From: Camelus dromedarius
Lineage: Eukaryota
DNA length: 64,000 bases
Reading direction: 5' to 3'
Assembly: GCF_036321535.1 (NCBI RefSeq)
Contig: NC_087437.1
Location: forward strand, 30,382,001-30,446,000
The first letter of the stretch is position 1. The number at the start of each line of letters is the position of its first letter. A program made the position numbers and the translations under genes. Positions 1-13,714 of the stretch are shown one piece after another. The notes beneath the pieces are model-generated. The model saw only the letters and a list, made by a program, of their open reading frames with translations, searched no databases and was not told where the DNA came from.

Positions 1-674
1 ACAGCATCAATTTGAGATAATTAGGTATGAGTTGCCCTTATTCTCAACAAATATGAGTAGCCATAAATGATTCACTCACGCAAAGCCTAAAACATTGGCC
101 TTTATAAAATAAACATAACCTATCTTACAGAGGTTAGGTACTTGGCACTTAACTAAGCCTTGCCTATCATCCACCTTTCATCTCAGCATGCAAACTAATT
201 AACCACGAAGATAACCTCCCTTGTAATGTGTCAGGAAAATATTTATGGCTTTATCCACTAAAGCAGCTAATATATAAATTGAGCAAAGCTTTGAGAAAAT
301 AGAAACCCAGGACCGTGCCAATACTAATCATAAAGCAGCTTTGAGATTTTACTGCCCTTGGCACATTGCATTTTCCTGAAAGTTTATTTATAGGTGTTAT
401 TTTTACGTTAGGCGAGCTAATGAACTACTAGGTTCTCAGGAACTTCTGCACTTCAGCCTCAGGAGTGTGTCATAAAAAAGATCTATTGCCCCAATGCTCA
501 AATATTAAAGAGATAGTCACACTGGTAAGTGTTTGTTGTCCTTGGTAGCAACACCAAGAATGTTCTGAATTTTTTAATGTAGAACACCTGTAAGCTTCAT
601 AGTTACATTACTGAGGGCTTCTTTGATATTCATTGAGTTCTGTAGATAGCAGAAATGGATGAACAAAGCCCAAC

Positions 675-883
675 CCATGAGGTGCTGGAGGCAGCTCTTA
701 CTAGCTCGTAAGAACCAATTTTTAAATTTGCACGAATTTTGCAATGCAGTTGATGTCATCTTGGTAGCTTGAAATCAGCCAACACTACAAATCAAGGTGG
801 GCTGTTTGGTTGACTGGTTGGTTGGTTAGTTGGTTGATTTTCCCAGAGAGCCAGCTGTTCAAAATTTATCAGCACACAACTGG
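675..883. mobile_element. MER63A-like hAT (Blackjack) MITE
   Basis: Ends CCATGAGGTGCTGGAG and TTTATCAGCACACAACTGG resemble MER63 terminal inverted repeats. Internal GTCATCTTGGTAGCTTGAAATCAGCC and GAGAGCCAGCTGTT match the recalled consensus. Confidence 0.75.
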
Positions 884-2739
884 CCATGACTGATGGCAAA
901 TCACAACCCAGGAAGCAAAACCAGGGTGGCCATCTAAAGGCAAACACAATCTCGAGGACTTCTTATATGTCTTAGAAATAATAGATTTGTAGAGTCATAA
1001 ATTTTCCCGCTGATGGCTGTAAATTTTTATTCTAACATAGTACAATAATATTCCCATAGATGAAAGTAAAATATCTTGAGGAAGGTGTACTTCTTCCAAA
1101 TTTACACAATGGCAATGTGTGGGCTAATGCTAACTTACGGGAGTTAAATCAGAATAACTATGATATAGCATATAATCAGGACACAAATGCTGAAGGAGTT
1201 CAAATGAAGAGACTACATTTATTTGCACATATGCAAAGGCTTTAGGAAGATGCATCCTTGAGTTGGGTTTTAAAGATGGGGCGATTTTTCTCAGGGAAAG
1301 TAGCAGGACAGGAACCCCAAGAGAAGAGAGCAACGTAAGTCAGATTCATAGTTGGAACAGTTCTTCAAAGAGCCAACTGGGTTGTCTCAAACTAATCGGA
1401 AGAAAATTCACTTCTGAAGGAAGTTTGTGGCCTAATTGTGGGGATCTAGAATTCCAAACTAAGAAGTTTAAATTTGGGGAGTTCATTTGGATTTTTAAAG
1501 CCTGACTTTCTGCCAAAAAGGGGTTGTACTAACATGAAACAAGAGACCCAGTGAGCAACGTGAGAATTCATGCCTGTTTCATTCCCCATTGACCTTCAGG
1601 GCTTGGTGCCGCACCAGCTCCTCCTAGCACTCAAGTGTTTTTCTGTTTGGGGAACATGAGCTGAGTTTATGCCATTGTCCTTAATCCTTCTACTACAAAA
1701 CACACCTGTTAAAATATTTTCAATACATCTCAACCAAGCCAACCCCAAACCATTTCTTAAGTCATTTTATAAAGTGACTTTTACATTCTTTCCTCTGGTA
1801 AGATACTTTGCCAGATTAAAATTGAGGTTAAGGTTAAGAGGCAAGATTCATGATAAGCAGGTGTAATTAGAATAGAAAATCGTGACAAAAGGCTAGCACA
1901 AGGAAGACTTGATTAAAGTGTGGTTCTCATTCTGCCATTAGAGCCCTTGAATCAGAACCAGCAAGCGGTACTCAGAGTGGTCAAGGCAATGAAAGAAACA
2001 ATGGAATTAAATGAAATGGGGGAGACTTTCATGAAGAGGCTCATTTATTTTCAGCCTCAGGTTACCTGTTCCTTGAATAGAAAGTGTGCTGCATTGGAGC
2101 CTTTCCCTCTTCTGAGAGTTCAGAAAATTAATCACAAAAGCCAGGGTAGTGGGGCAGCAAGGCTAGAAGCTCTACCAGATAAAGCCTCAAGCCCTAGATA
2201 AAATAGATCAAGAATCTTAACTGTGGGTAACTGTTTATAAAGCAGAGAGAGATGGTAGACAAAGTATCACAGTATATGTCACTGAGCAGTCTCTCTCTGT
2301 CTTCGTTCCCATCTATCATGTAGGAACAAATTCCTGATTTGCTCAAGTTCCTCTCAAATATTTCTGAGAGTCCTATGGGGACCACACACATGTTCCTTGT
2401 CAAACCAAGTTCAGTACTCTTGATCACTCAAGAATTCCCTCCTGTCTGGCTCCAGTTTTCTGCAAAGACTTCTGTTATTGCCAGTTCCTTATGCAGCAGC
2501 TATGCTCCTGTGCCCACAACGGGGGCTACTAATACCCACCAACGGCACAGCCATGTCCCCAGTGATGCAGCTCTCAGCGTGCGGATGCCAGTCACTGAGA
2601 GCACTGTCAGTCTGACTCAAGGGCTCCGTCTCTTATTACTGCCAAACATTCCAGCATAGAATCTTACCATGTTATTGACGTCTTGTGTTCCCACATCCCA
2701 CAGCTATTTTTTATTTTTATTGGGGAGGAGGGAGAAAGA

Positions 2740-2845
2740 TATATACAATGTAATATATGATGCTATATAAAATAGTTGATATATTATATATATGCATATG
2801 TGTGTATGTGTGTGTGTGTGTGTGTTTGTGTGTATAGTGTGTGTA
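2740..2845. repeat. Degenerate (AT)n/(GT)n microsatellite
   Basis: Visible ATATAT and GTGTGT runs. Confidence 0.85.
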
Positions 2846-3409
2846 TTTTCCTTGTTATTGCAGACTCCTTGACTTTGAACTTGTGGCAACATTCTGAGTA
2901 ACAGAGATAATACACAGCCTCCCTCTTCCAAGCCAAACTTTTGCGTCTCAACTCTCCCTTCCCTGAGGATAAATTGTTTCCAGGGAGGCTCTTCACTTCA
3001 CCCTAAACAAACTCCTGTTGAGATTTCCCCATCCTTGACAGGACTGACCCTCAGCTGGCGGGTGCCTCTTTGGTTGTGCCATCTGTTTAAAGCTGGCACT
3101 CACTCTGATTGATCAGTGAGAAATATTTTGGCTCGTCTCTTGCCTCCAGAACTTCCTAAATCCTAGGGTAGATACAGTGGAGGCTCACAGAATGACACTT
3201 TAAAGAATATTTCAGGAAATTATATTTTCCGTGCTTTCATTACTTAATAATGGGAAAGACAGAAGATTGCTGTACAAGAATAAAGGTGTTGATTATTATT
3301 TCACTGGGATACCAATGCTTCTCCTTTGCCAGTGTATTTACCATAGAGTAATATGGAATATGACAAATAGATCCCTTCTGACGCTGATATGCTTCCAAAA
3401 GGCCCCAAT

Positions 3410-3862
3410 GTGGTTAGGTAAAAACTGCTGTATCCCAGTGTCCCTCCCCATCTTCTCCCTTTTTTATAACAGAATTCCTGAGTTTTGTCTGAGCACATGG
3501 CTACTCAGCTCAAGACCCCATTTTCCAGCCAGAGATGGACATGTGATTATGTTTCAGCAAACAGAATGTCAACAGAGGTGATATATACAATTTCTGGGTC
3601 ATACTATTTAGGAAGGAGATTGCTTGTGCTCCGTGGTGCAGACACAAACATACAAATGTGGTGCTGACCAACTCATGGCAACCTGGGATGGAAAAGTAAC
3701 AAGATAGACAGAGCCTGGGCCTCCCCGGGCAACCTCACTCCAGGCCTACTCTGGACGGTTTAATGAGAGGGAAATAAACTCCTATCTTGTTTGAATCAGT
3801 GTTTTGGAGTGAAGGAGGGGACTCTTCGTTACAGCAGTTTAGTCTGTGTGCAAACAAATACA
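3410..3862 (+). mobile_element. LTR33-like ERVL solo LTR
   Basis: CTTCTCCCTTTTTATAACAGAATTCCTGAG...CATTTTCCAGCC...CATGTGA, then GAAATAAACTCCTATCTTGTTT, ending GTTACAGCAG...AATACA. Confidence 0.65.
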
Positions 3863-4189
3863 GGAGGTCATTATAAACTCTGGAAGGAAGATACAAAGGT
3901 TTAAATATCTGTATCTAAATGATCAGAGAAACAACCTCAGGGACTGGGCAAAAAATGTGGGAATATCTATTAAAAAAAAAAAAAAGAACAAACTGTGGGT
4001 TTAAAACTTTAGATGTTTTACATTACAAACTGCATGACAGTCTGGAAACCAACCTATTCAGGATTTAAAATGACAAAAGAGAATTAGAGAAATTTTCTGA
4101 GGTCTTCTATAGACACATCTTTCATACTGATTCCCAGGCCATCATAGTCAAATGAATAAATAACTAAAATGTAAAAGACAGTTGGATGT

Positions 4190-4560
4190 GTCTAGGTGAT
4201 GATTACCAGCTACTGTAACAAGCATGCCCCAAACTGGAGCGCACGATCCGAAGTTCCGTTCTCCTTCACATGAAGTCCAGGGCAGCTGGGCAGTTTTCCT
4301 GGGTGGCTCTTCTCTTACCCAGGACTGTGCCTTTTACTATTCTTGCCCACCATCCTGGGGTTCTCTGCTTCCCACCACATGGATGGGGGTAGGGGAGCTA
4401 GGGATGGAAAGAGGGCCTGAGGAGGATGCATAGAATAAATACACTGTCACCCAGGCCGAGAAGTAAGAGCCAGGTTTTTTTACTCACATTTTATTGACCA
4501 GAACTAGCCACAGGCAGGATTGGGACGTGGAGGGAGCTCACTATTCAGAGTATGTACTGT
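4190..4560 (-). mobile_element. Old MLT1 (MaLR) LTR fragment
   Basis: GCTACTGTAACAAGCATGCCCCAAA and CTCACATTTTATTGACCAGAACTAG are typical of antisense MLT1J/K-type LTRs. Confidence 0.5.
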
Positions 4561-4929
4561 CTCTTCCTCAGCAGCCGTCCTCTTGATGGCTCTGGACAGT
4601 AACAGCCCTAAACATGCTGGTTATAGTCCGTGGTGCCCATAAACTCTTGATCCCCTACAACTCTGTGAAGTAGGCCCTGAGGTGTTATCTGAAACATAGG
4701 CAAGAGTTAGGAAGGATTCAGAGTAACCCCTAATCTACAACACTGGTCCTAATTTTATGGGAGCTAAGACATTACAATTTATTTTTTCATTATTTCACTT
4801 GAAACCCCAGGGAAATGCTGAAATTATATCTTAACTTAGTTCTAACCCAGAATTTAATTGGCCTTTTCAAGTTATACCCCTAAACTGTTGTGGGCAATGA
4901 TGAACTGACTTTAAAAAAAAAAAAAAAAA

Positions 4930-5097
4930 GCTGGGCCAAGAGACTGAAGACGTGTGCTGTGACAATCACGCCGTGTCCCTGCCTCATTGTGTGGATGTGG
5001 GAGAAATGCCCTGTCTGGGCACCCTCTCCTCACCTGTGAGAAGATAAGCAAGCAAAACATTGAACCCTAGAGAGAAGGGAGTAGAAATAGATGATTT
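4930..5097 (+). mobile_element. MIR fragment
   Basis: Diverged MIR core (CTCCTCACCTGTGAGAA...AGATGATTTCT). Confidence 0.35.
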
Positions 5098-7770
5098 CTG
5101 TGATGGTGAGCATCTTTCCATGTGCCAGTTGGCCACCTGCATTTCTTCTTTAGAAAGTTTTATTCACTACTTCTGCCCATTTTTCAATCAGGTTGTTTGA
5201 CGTTGAGTTGTATGAGCTGTTGATAAATGTTGAAGGTTAATCCCTTAGCCCGAATATCATTTGCAAATAGTTTCTCCCATTCGATAGGTTGTCTTTTCGT
5301 TTTATCAGAGATTTCCTTTGTTGTGCAAATGTTTTTAAGTTTAATTAGGCCCCATTTGTTTATTTTTCCTTTTATTCCCTTTACTTTAGGGGATGGACAA
5401 AATGATATTGCTTCGATTTATTGTCAAAGACATTCTGCTTATGTTTTCCTCTGGGAGTTTTATAGTATCTGGTCTTACATTTAGGTCTTTAATTCATTTT
5501 GAGTTTACTTTTATATAGGATGTGAGAGAATGTTCTAATTTCAGTCTTTTACATGTAACTGAAGAGTCTTTTCTCCATTGTATACCCTTGCCTCCTTTGT
5601 TGTAGATTAATTGACCGTTAAGTGTGTGGGTTTATTTTTGGGTTTTCTATCCTGTTCCATTGATCAATGTGTCTGTTTTTGTGCCAGCACCACACTGCTT
5701 GGTTACTGTAGTTTTGTATTATAGTCTGAAGTCAGGCAGCATGATTCCTCCAGCTCTGTTCTTCTTTCCCAAGACTGTTTTGACTATTCAGGGTCTTTTG
5801 TGTTTCCATACAAATTTTAAAATTATTTGTTTTAGTTCTGTGAAAAATGCCATTGATAATTTGATAGGAATTGCACTGAATCAGTAGATTATCTTGGGTA
5901 GTATGGTCATTTTAACAATACTGATTTTTCCAATCCAAGAACACAGTATATCTTTCCATCTGTTTGTGTCATCTTCAATTGCTTTCATTGGCGTCTTAGA
6001 GTTTTCCATACAGGTCTTTTGCCTCCTTAGGTGGGTTTATTCCTAGGTATTTTATTCTTTTTGATGTAATGATAAATGGGATTGTTTCCTTAATTTCTCT
6101 TTCTGACAGTTTGTTAGTGTATAGAAATACAACAGATTTCTGTATATTAATTTTGTATCCTGCAAATTTACTGAATTCATTGATGAGCTCTAGTAGCTTT
6201 TTGGTGTCAACTTTAGGATTTTCTACGTATAGTATCATGTCATCTGCAAACAGTGACAGTTTTATTTCTTTTTTTCTAATTTAGATTCTTTTTATTTCTT
6301 TTTATTCTCTGATTGCTGTGGCTGGGACTAAACTACGTTGAATAAAACTAGTAAGAATAGGCATCCGTGTCTTGTTCCTGATCTTAGAGGAAATGCTTTT
6401 AGCTTTTCACGTTAAGTATGATGTTAGCTGTGCGTTTGTCATATATGGACTTTATTATGTTGAGGTATGTTCCCTCTAATGCCCACTTTGTGGAGAGTTT
6501 TTATCATAAATGGATGTTAAATGTTGTTAAAAAGCTTTTTTCTTCATCTATAGAGATAATCATATGGTTTATTCTTCTGTTTGTAAATGTGGTGTATCAC
6601 ATTGATTGATTTGCAGGGATCAAAAAATCCTTACATCCCTGGGATAAATCCCACTTGAACATGATGTGTGATCATTTTAATGTATTGTTGGATTTGCTGC
6701 TATTTTGTTGAGGATTCTTGTATCTATGTTCATCAGGGATCTTGGCCTGTAATTTTTTTTTTGTAATATTTTTGTCTGGTTTTGGTATTAGGCCTCATAG
6801 AATGAGTCTGAGAGCATTCGTTTTTCTGCAATTTTTTGGAATAATTTGAGAAGTATAGGTATTAATTTTTCTCTAAATGTTTGGTAGAATTCACCTGTGA
6901 AGCTCTGGTCCTGGACTTTGTTGGCAGTTTTTAAATTGATTCATTTCAGTACTGGTAATTTGTCCATTTCATATTTTCTATTCCTTCCTGGTTCAGTCTT
7001 GGGAGATTGTAACTTTCTAAGAATTTGTCCATTTCTTCTAGGTTGTCCATTTTATTGGTGTGTTAGTGGCTTATGGTAGACTCTTACGATCCTTCGTATT
7101 TCTGTAGTGTTGGTTGTAACTTTTCCTTTTTCATTCCTGATTTTATTGATTTGGGGCCCCTCCCTTTTTTTGTTGATGATTCTGGCTAAAGGTTTATCAG
7201 TTTTGTTTATCTTTTCAAAGAGCCAGCTTTTAGTTTCATTGATCTTTTCTATTTTTTTTTTTAGTCTCTATTTCATTTGTTTCTACTCTGATTTTTGTTT
7301 TTCTTTCCTTCTACTAACTTTGGGTTTTGTTCTTCTTTCTCTAATTGCTTTAGGTGTAAGGTTAGGTTGTTTATTTGAGACTTTTCTTATTTCCTGAGGT
7401 AAGCTTGTATCACTATAAACTTCCCTCTTAGAACTGCTTTTGCTGTGTCCTGTAGGTTTTGGACCATCTTTTTTTTTTTCATTTTCATTTGTTTCTAGGT
7501 ATTGTTTTATTTCCTCTTTGATTTCCTCAATGATCCATTGGTTGTTTAGTAGCATATTGTTTTGCCTCTGCGTATTTTTGTGTTTTTTGCAGTTTTTTCC
7601 TGTAGTCAATTTCTAGTCTCATAGTATGGTGGTCAGAAAAGATCCTCAATATGATTTCAATTTTCTTAAATGTACTGAGACTTGTTTTGTGTAATGTTTA
7701 CCTAGTATATGATCTATCCTGGGGAATATTCTATGTGCACTTGAAAAGAATGTATTCTACTGCTTTCAGA
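5098..7770 (-). mobile_element. LINE-1 internal ORF2 fragment without 3' UTR or poly(A)
   Basis: Minus-strand ORFs 5996-6238 (MILYVENPK...[12 protein letters not shown]...KYLGIN, RT domain) and 7283-7609 (NNMLLNNQWIIEEIKEEIKQYLETNEN). Frameshifted. Confidence 0.95.
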
Positions 7771-8609
7771 CATGGATCTCTCACTTTAAATTTTATGTCA
7801 GTTCTAGAAACCAAGGCATTTTAAGAGCTTCTTTCTTGACACTTATAAAACTGGATATTTATAGAATAAATGCTTCCAATATGCCAGCTTTATTAAGAAG
7901 TATAGAACTAACATAATAATCCGTTTGTTGGAATGCCTGTGGCTTATGTACCATGAAGAACAAACTTAGAATTACTTGGCATTCCCAGACTTAATCATTA
8001 TGAGATAACTTTTTCTAAAATCCAAGAGTACAAATAAAGCCATCATGTAAGGCCAGTATTAAAAATTAGAGAAAAATAATTAAAAGCCATGGTTCATTCT
8101 GAAATTAAATGTATTTGGCAAGTAGTTAACTAATTACAAACCTATTTTATGTCTTGGAATTAGGCCAAGCCATTAGGATAGCCAATACAAAACAGGCCAG
8201 TCTAATAAAAGAGGAACTCAAAAATTAGAATGAACCCAACATGAACAGAGCAGCTGCCTAACACCTGGCAGTTAATGAAAATAAAGTTAAGTGGTAGGAC
8301 TAGCTAGCAAAATGATTGAAATATATAGAGTAACAGAGCATGTCAATATGACTATAGAAAAAGAAGGAATACTGCAAGGAGGAGGAAGGGAGGGATTCAT
8401 ATTTCCTAAGGTTATGAATTCTGTTTCAACCAATCCAAGCTCAAGTCATAGAGAATCTCAGACCAACCAATAACTTAATTTTGATAAAAGTGAGGGAAAA
8501 AAATGAGAAAAATCCATGTCCCATTTACAGGTACAGAGAGAGAAACTGACTATAAAATTTAAATTACCTCATTGCTGTTCCTTATCAATAACTCCAAAAG
8601 GAAAGAGAA

Positions 8610-8750
8610 TAGGACTTGGAAGTAAGGAAACCTGTTATGAAGGAGGCTGTGACCTTGGGCAGGTTACTTATTCTCTACATGCTGCCATTTCTCTTCTAAA
8701 TTGAGGGATTTGCACTAAGAGGCGTCTGAAGTCTGTTCCAGCACCAGTGT
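8610..8750 (+). mobile_element. MIR
   Basis: GGCTGTGACCTTGGGCAGGTTACTTA MIR core motif. Confidence 0.7.
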
Positions 8751-9530
8751 TGTATTTCACCAGAACCCTTGAGAAGTCTCAGCGTGATTAAGTAAGGGGA
8801 ATGGTACATTACAGTGGACAGAGAATGAGAGCCCGAGGGGACCCACATGCTCTCCATATTTCTTTTCATGGAATTAGGCCCGTAGTGCCTAGATTCAAAG
8901 TTCTCTCCTCATTTCCTTGATAGGACATTGCTCTCTGTGTTTAATAGACAACATGGCTGCCTTCATGCCATCGTGCAAAGTTGCCTAGAAAAGTTTTCAG
9001 TGTGCTGTTTTGAAATGTATTCCTAACAATACAGCCACAGCAAAACCACTGACCCTTACGTTATCATAATAATCACTGTGTAAGGGGCAGAGTTTACTTT
9101 TTTCCCTCTTCCATCAAGACCAGTTCTAAGATATAAGGGTAAGGCTCCAATAACTCCCTTCACTTATCACCCATAACTTTAATAGCATCTTCTCCTCAGT
9201 CTCCTCCCTCTGGTCTCACTGGCCCTCACATGTAGGACCGTACCTGTGCAGACTCCATCTGTGCACAGAAACAGGCTCCCCATGGGAAGAAAAGTTAAGC
9301 TTGTCAAAGATAGATGCCAGCACTCATCCCAATGCCCGGCACAGAGGAGGAGCTTAACAGATGCCAGGTGAACAGCTCACAAGCATTTTAGATGTAACAA
9401 ACCTGATCTTATCACATTCCCTTAAGACTCTGCTGGCTCATCCAGTAGATTATATCCACCCCCAGGACCCCAAGAGTCACTGGATGCTAATGTGCCCATG
9501 TGACATTCCCCCAAGTCAGAGAAAAATATT

Positions 9531-9554
9531 AAAAAAAAAAAAAAAAAAAAAAAA
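9531..9554. repeat. Poly(A) tract
   Basis: About 24 consecutive A. Confidence 0.9.
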
Positions 9555-9829
9555 CAAACCAAAAAACCAACCTGAGATCAAATGCCTTAATGCTACTGCC
9601 TAACCCAGGAGTCAGAATGGGAGACAGAAGAACAGTTCAGAATCATTTCATTTTTACCACACATGTGCAGCCTCATTTTTCAGTCACTTAACTTGAAAAA
9701 TTATGACATAATTCTATAAACTTTTCATTTATTTAAAGCCACTAGTATGGGCAATTTTAAGAAGAAGCATTAAAGGAAGGTGAATGGGAAAGTGACATGG
9801 TAAGAAGGGGCATTCTATCTTTGAGCCTC

Positions 9830-9990
9830 ACTAAATTATAGGTACAGTTCTGGGTGCTTTACATAGTGTCTCGTTTAAGCCTCAAGCTGGTAGATCTTCT
9901 GTTTACTGACAAGGAAAAAGAGGCTTGCAGAATTTGGTTTACTTACACAGGGTTACTTAGGTGGAAAATGGCAGGGCTGGGAGTAACATC
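9830..9990 (-). mobile_element. MIR
   Basis: GGTGCTTTACATAG...TTTACTGACAAGGAAAAAGAGGCT...AAATGGCAGGGCTGGGA, followed by a T27 run at 9997-10023. Confidence 0.7.
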
Positions 9991-9992
9991 TA

Positions 9993-10025
<33 letters not shown>

Positions 10026-10249
10026 CTAGTTATCTTTCCGTAGAACCTTTTCAATGGTATTTGGCTCAGGTATGACATAGTAGTCAAAGGAATCACAGTC
10101 AGTCTCTATTCCATGGTTTGTGAAGTGTCTGTCTCTCTCCACCAGCCCTTGCACTCTGCCCTTCAGGACCCAGCTCAACACTTGAAAGAAATTTTTTTCT
10201 TATTCTTGTTGCCTTACAGCAATCCCTGACAATGATATGCCACTACCCC

Positions 10250-10680
10250 TGCCATAGCTGTTAAAATCCTAATTGTAGTAGCTGTGAAAGTGGCCTTATT
10301 TGAAATAGGGTCTTTACAGATGATCCAGTTAAGATGAGTTCCTTAGGGTGGGCCCTAATCCAACATGACTAGTGTCCTTATCAGAAAGGGAAATGGGGAC
10401 ACCAAGGCAGACGTGCATGTGGGGAGAACTCCATGTGAAGATAAAAGGCAGAGATCAGGGTGATGCACCTACAAGTGAAGGAAAGCCAACATTTGCCAGA
10501 AGTCCGCTAGAAGCTAGAAAAGAGGCCTGGAGCAGACTCTCCTGCACAGCCCTGAGAAGGAACTAACCCTGCTGACACCTTGATTTTGGGCTTTTAGCCT
10601 GTAGAACCATGAGACAATAAATTTCTGTTGAAGCCACTCCACTTTGGTACTTTGCTATGGCAGCCCCAGGAAACTAATAA
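10250..10680 (+). mobile_element. MLT1B/C-like MaLR solo LTR
   Basis: CCTTATTTGAAATAGGGTCTTTACAGATG...GGGTGGGCCCTAATCCAA...CCTGCTGACACCTTGATTTTGG...AATAAATTTCTGTTG...GGAAACTAATA. Confidence 0.9.
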
Positions 10681-11549
10681 GACAGCCACCGTGCAGTAAA
10701 CACTACAACACCCAGGGCAGCAAGAGAACAGCTGCACATGATCTAACAGGAAATTATTCAGAAAAGTCAAATAAATTTTCAGAAGGCAAAAGTAATCTAG
10801 TATTTGACCAATGTGTATTTATTCTACTCTGATCAGTACAGTATTTAGAAAATGAGGCCATCAGATAGAACCAGGTATTTTAATTATATTAATTGCTCAC
10901 AAAAATAAAAGCTTTTAGTCTGGGAAGTAATTTTAATGCCTCCTAGAAGTGTATTCTCCAAAATTCATGCATGCAAAATTGGTGAACATGTTTCCAACTC
11001 ACAGAAGAAATTACTATTGCCCAGAAACTGGAAAATATTTAACTATTGAAACCCAGTCATAGCTTTCAGCTCAATGCAGGCAGGAGATTCTGAAGCTCTA
11101 AGGAATGAACAGTGACAGGCAAGGACAGCCTTCATAAATACCTTTTTTCCAGAATCTTTATGAGTAGCTTCTAACAGTCAAACTCAGGCCACGTTTTCAT
11201 ATGCATTTCTAGTTTGTTTAAAAGTACAAAGGGAAAGAATTCAAATAATATGGAAAATAGGTTGTGTTTAGTGGACCCAGTTCAGTCGGTTAGCAAATTC
11301 TGAAATTCATTTCTGAATGAGTTGGAAATTCACCAAACACAAAGTTAAGATAACCATGATTCCATTCGGTAGCAACTGGGTTAGCTGACGCCAAGAAAGA
11401 GACCGTGATAACAGATTATATAGATCAGCACATTCTGTACTTTTGTGTTTTATTTCTCATCAGCCACCAGCCACCACATTTCTTCCAGCTCTAGCTTATA
11501 AGAATGCATTATTCAAAAAACTATTAAAAATTTATGGGGCAACGATTAA

Positions 11550-11670
11550 TTCTCATTAGTTAAATAGGTATTTATTTTGCTTCTACAGTGGGCTGGGCAC
11601 TGTCCTAGGATACACTGGTAAACAGAACAGGAACAATTTCTGCTTTCATAAAACCTACGCCTTGAGCTTA
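11550..11670 (-). mobile_element. L2 3' end fragment
   Basis: TATTTATT...CTGGGCACTGTCCTAGG...CTGCTTTCATAAAACCTAC. Confidence 0.6.
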
Positions 11671-12619
11671 TTTGTAAACTTGGGTTTAGAGCAAAGGGAG
11701 TGCAGAGAAATGTAATATGCCCATGAGAAGTTTATGGTGCATCACAATGGGCAGCCAGTACCTAAGATCTCTCAAATAATAATACAATATGCGGCCCAGG
11801 TTTAGGAGTCCCCTAGGTGAAATTAACAATTACTGCTGAGTTAAGTAAGAAAAATCACTGTCACAGACACCCATTGCTGCTCTGCCTGGAACCCCTCTTC
11901 TATGAATTGTCCCCATCCCCACTCCTTATCCATGACTGCAGCAGAGGCAGCCAGGTTTCAATGTGACCCTGAGCCCAGGAGCTATACACGTCACCTACCG
12001 TCATCTATACTTTAAAATGGATTATGGTAACTGATATAAATGAAATTGAAACTCAGATAGCAACTAAGGTTTTGCCATCAGTTGAGATCTAAAGAAAATT
12101 GCCTTAAATCCCCATTTTTGTCCTGTATATCTTCAACCTCCAAGTTCTGCTCTGCCGACTGCTTTTTTTTTTTTTTAACTCTGCCTTGTGAGTGCACCTT
12201 TATTTCCACTGTTTTGAAGCAAATATACTCCTCAAAATAAATAGGATAAAAGCCTCACTTCCAAGAGGACTTTAAAGGTGTGGCATACTTAAATGGCTTT
12301 AGAAATACAGACAGGATGTTCATCATAATAAAACAAACACCCTTAAATGGAATATCTATGTCCCTATCCTAACTCTTTCGGCTCCTCGGCTGTTTCCCCC
12401 AGTCCCTCCTCTACTCACTGAACTTTGCAGACTCCTGTTCACTTCCCATGCACAGCGACTGGGCCACCTGCTTTACTGCCAGGCCTTTTGCTACCTGTTT
12501 ACCTGTTTAGGGGATGGTAAGACCTCTTCTAAACAAAGGCAATTTCTTCCCTAAGGAAAATTCTCTTCCCTGTTAATGAGATTTTGATTTCATCCCCACT
12601 ACAGAGTAATAACCAAGTA

Positions 12620-13570
12620 CTTTGGAAAAACATAAAAAGGAGACAGTCATTCTGAGAAGACTTAAGTGAAGAGGTGGTATACAGTTGGGTTTTAAAGGAT
12701 CAGCGTGTTTCCTCGGGCCAAAAACGAGATGAAGGGCATCCTGAGTAGAGGAGATCACAGAAGAAAGGCTAGAGAAATATAAGAATACAGAGCAGGTTCC
12801 AAGAGTCCTAAATGATACCCCAGGCACCCCACAGGTGGAATTCCAGGTCAGATTGGGAAGGTGACTTGTGGTGAGGGAGAGAATCTTGAGAAACAGTCCA
12901 TGGTAATAAGGGCTTATGATGATCCCCCAAAGTTTTTGCTCCTCAAGACACGAGTAATCTGCATTTCAAGATATCAGCTCTTGAAGAAGAAACTGGTTTT
13001 TACCAATTCAATCACACACATTACTTAGTAGGTAATAGATGCTCTGCTAATAATTGGTGATATATGATGAGTAAGTGCTCAAAATGCCAATACACTGGGA
13101 AGAATCTAGTGCAGGGCTTCCAAAACACAGTGTGCCAGGAAAGACACACTATCTGCATCTGTAGGTGCAATGATATTGATCTCTTCAGCCTTTGGGGTGA
13201 CCAGGAGGAAAGTGGGTTGACCAGAATCTCCACCCATTTGTCCCTGGTCATGAGCGACCTTCTCTCCTGATGTCAGTGTGCAAAGTAAATATCGCGTACC
13301 ATGGGTATCACGCTCTGGAAATAGTCAGGAAGCCTTGGCAAAGGATTAGGATACTCTTGCAGAAGCCCAGTGAGCTGGCTGGGAATGTGGCTGTGTGATG
13401 GGACAGAGCCCCTGAACTTGGGAGTGATTTATAAGGTAGAATCAATAGATGTTAGCAATGGAGTTCTTGTGGAAGATGCGGATGAAGGGGAGAATAATGG
13501 AACCAGCATGAGGAGGGTGTAGATGGGAGTAATTGCTACAATAAGCCATCCATCAGAGAAGAGTAGAATC
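12620..13570 (-). mobile_element. Degraded L2 fragments
   Basis: Purine-rich L2-like blocks (GGGTTTTAAAGGAT, GGGCATCC, TGCAGGGCTT, AAGCCATCCATCAGAG). Very diverged. Confidence 0.4.
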
Positions 13571-13714
13571 AAATTTGGGGGACTGAAAATATTTGAACCT
13601 GGTCCTTGGGGGAGAGATTTTATAGCTAGGAACTGCTGAGAAGTTCTGGATTGCAATGGCTTGTTTTCTGCTCTATCTTTAAACTTTTCCCTTTTTAAAC
13701 ACCCCAAAATATGA

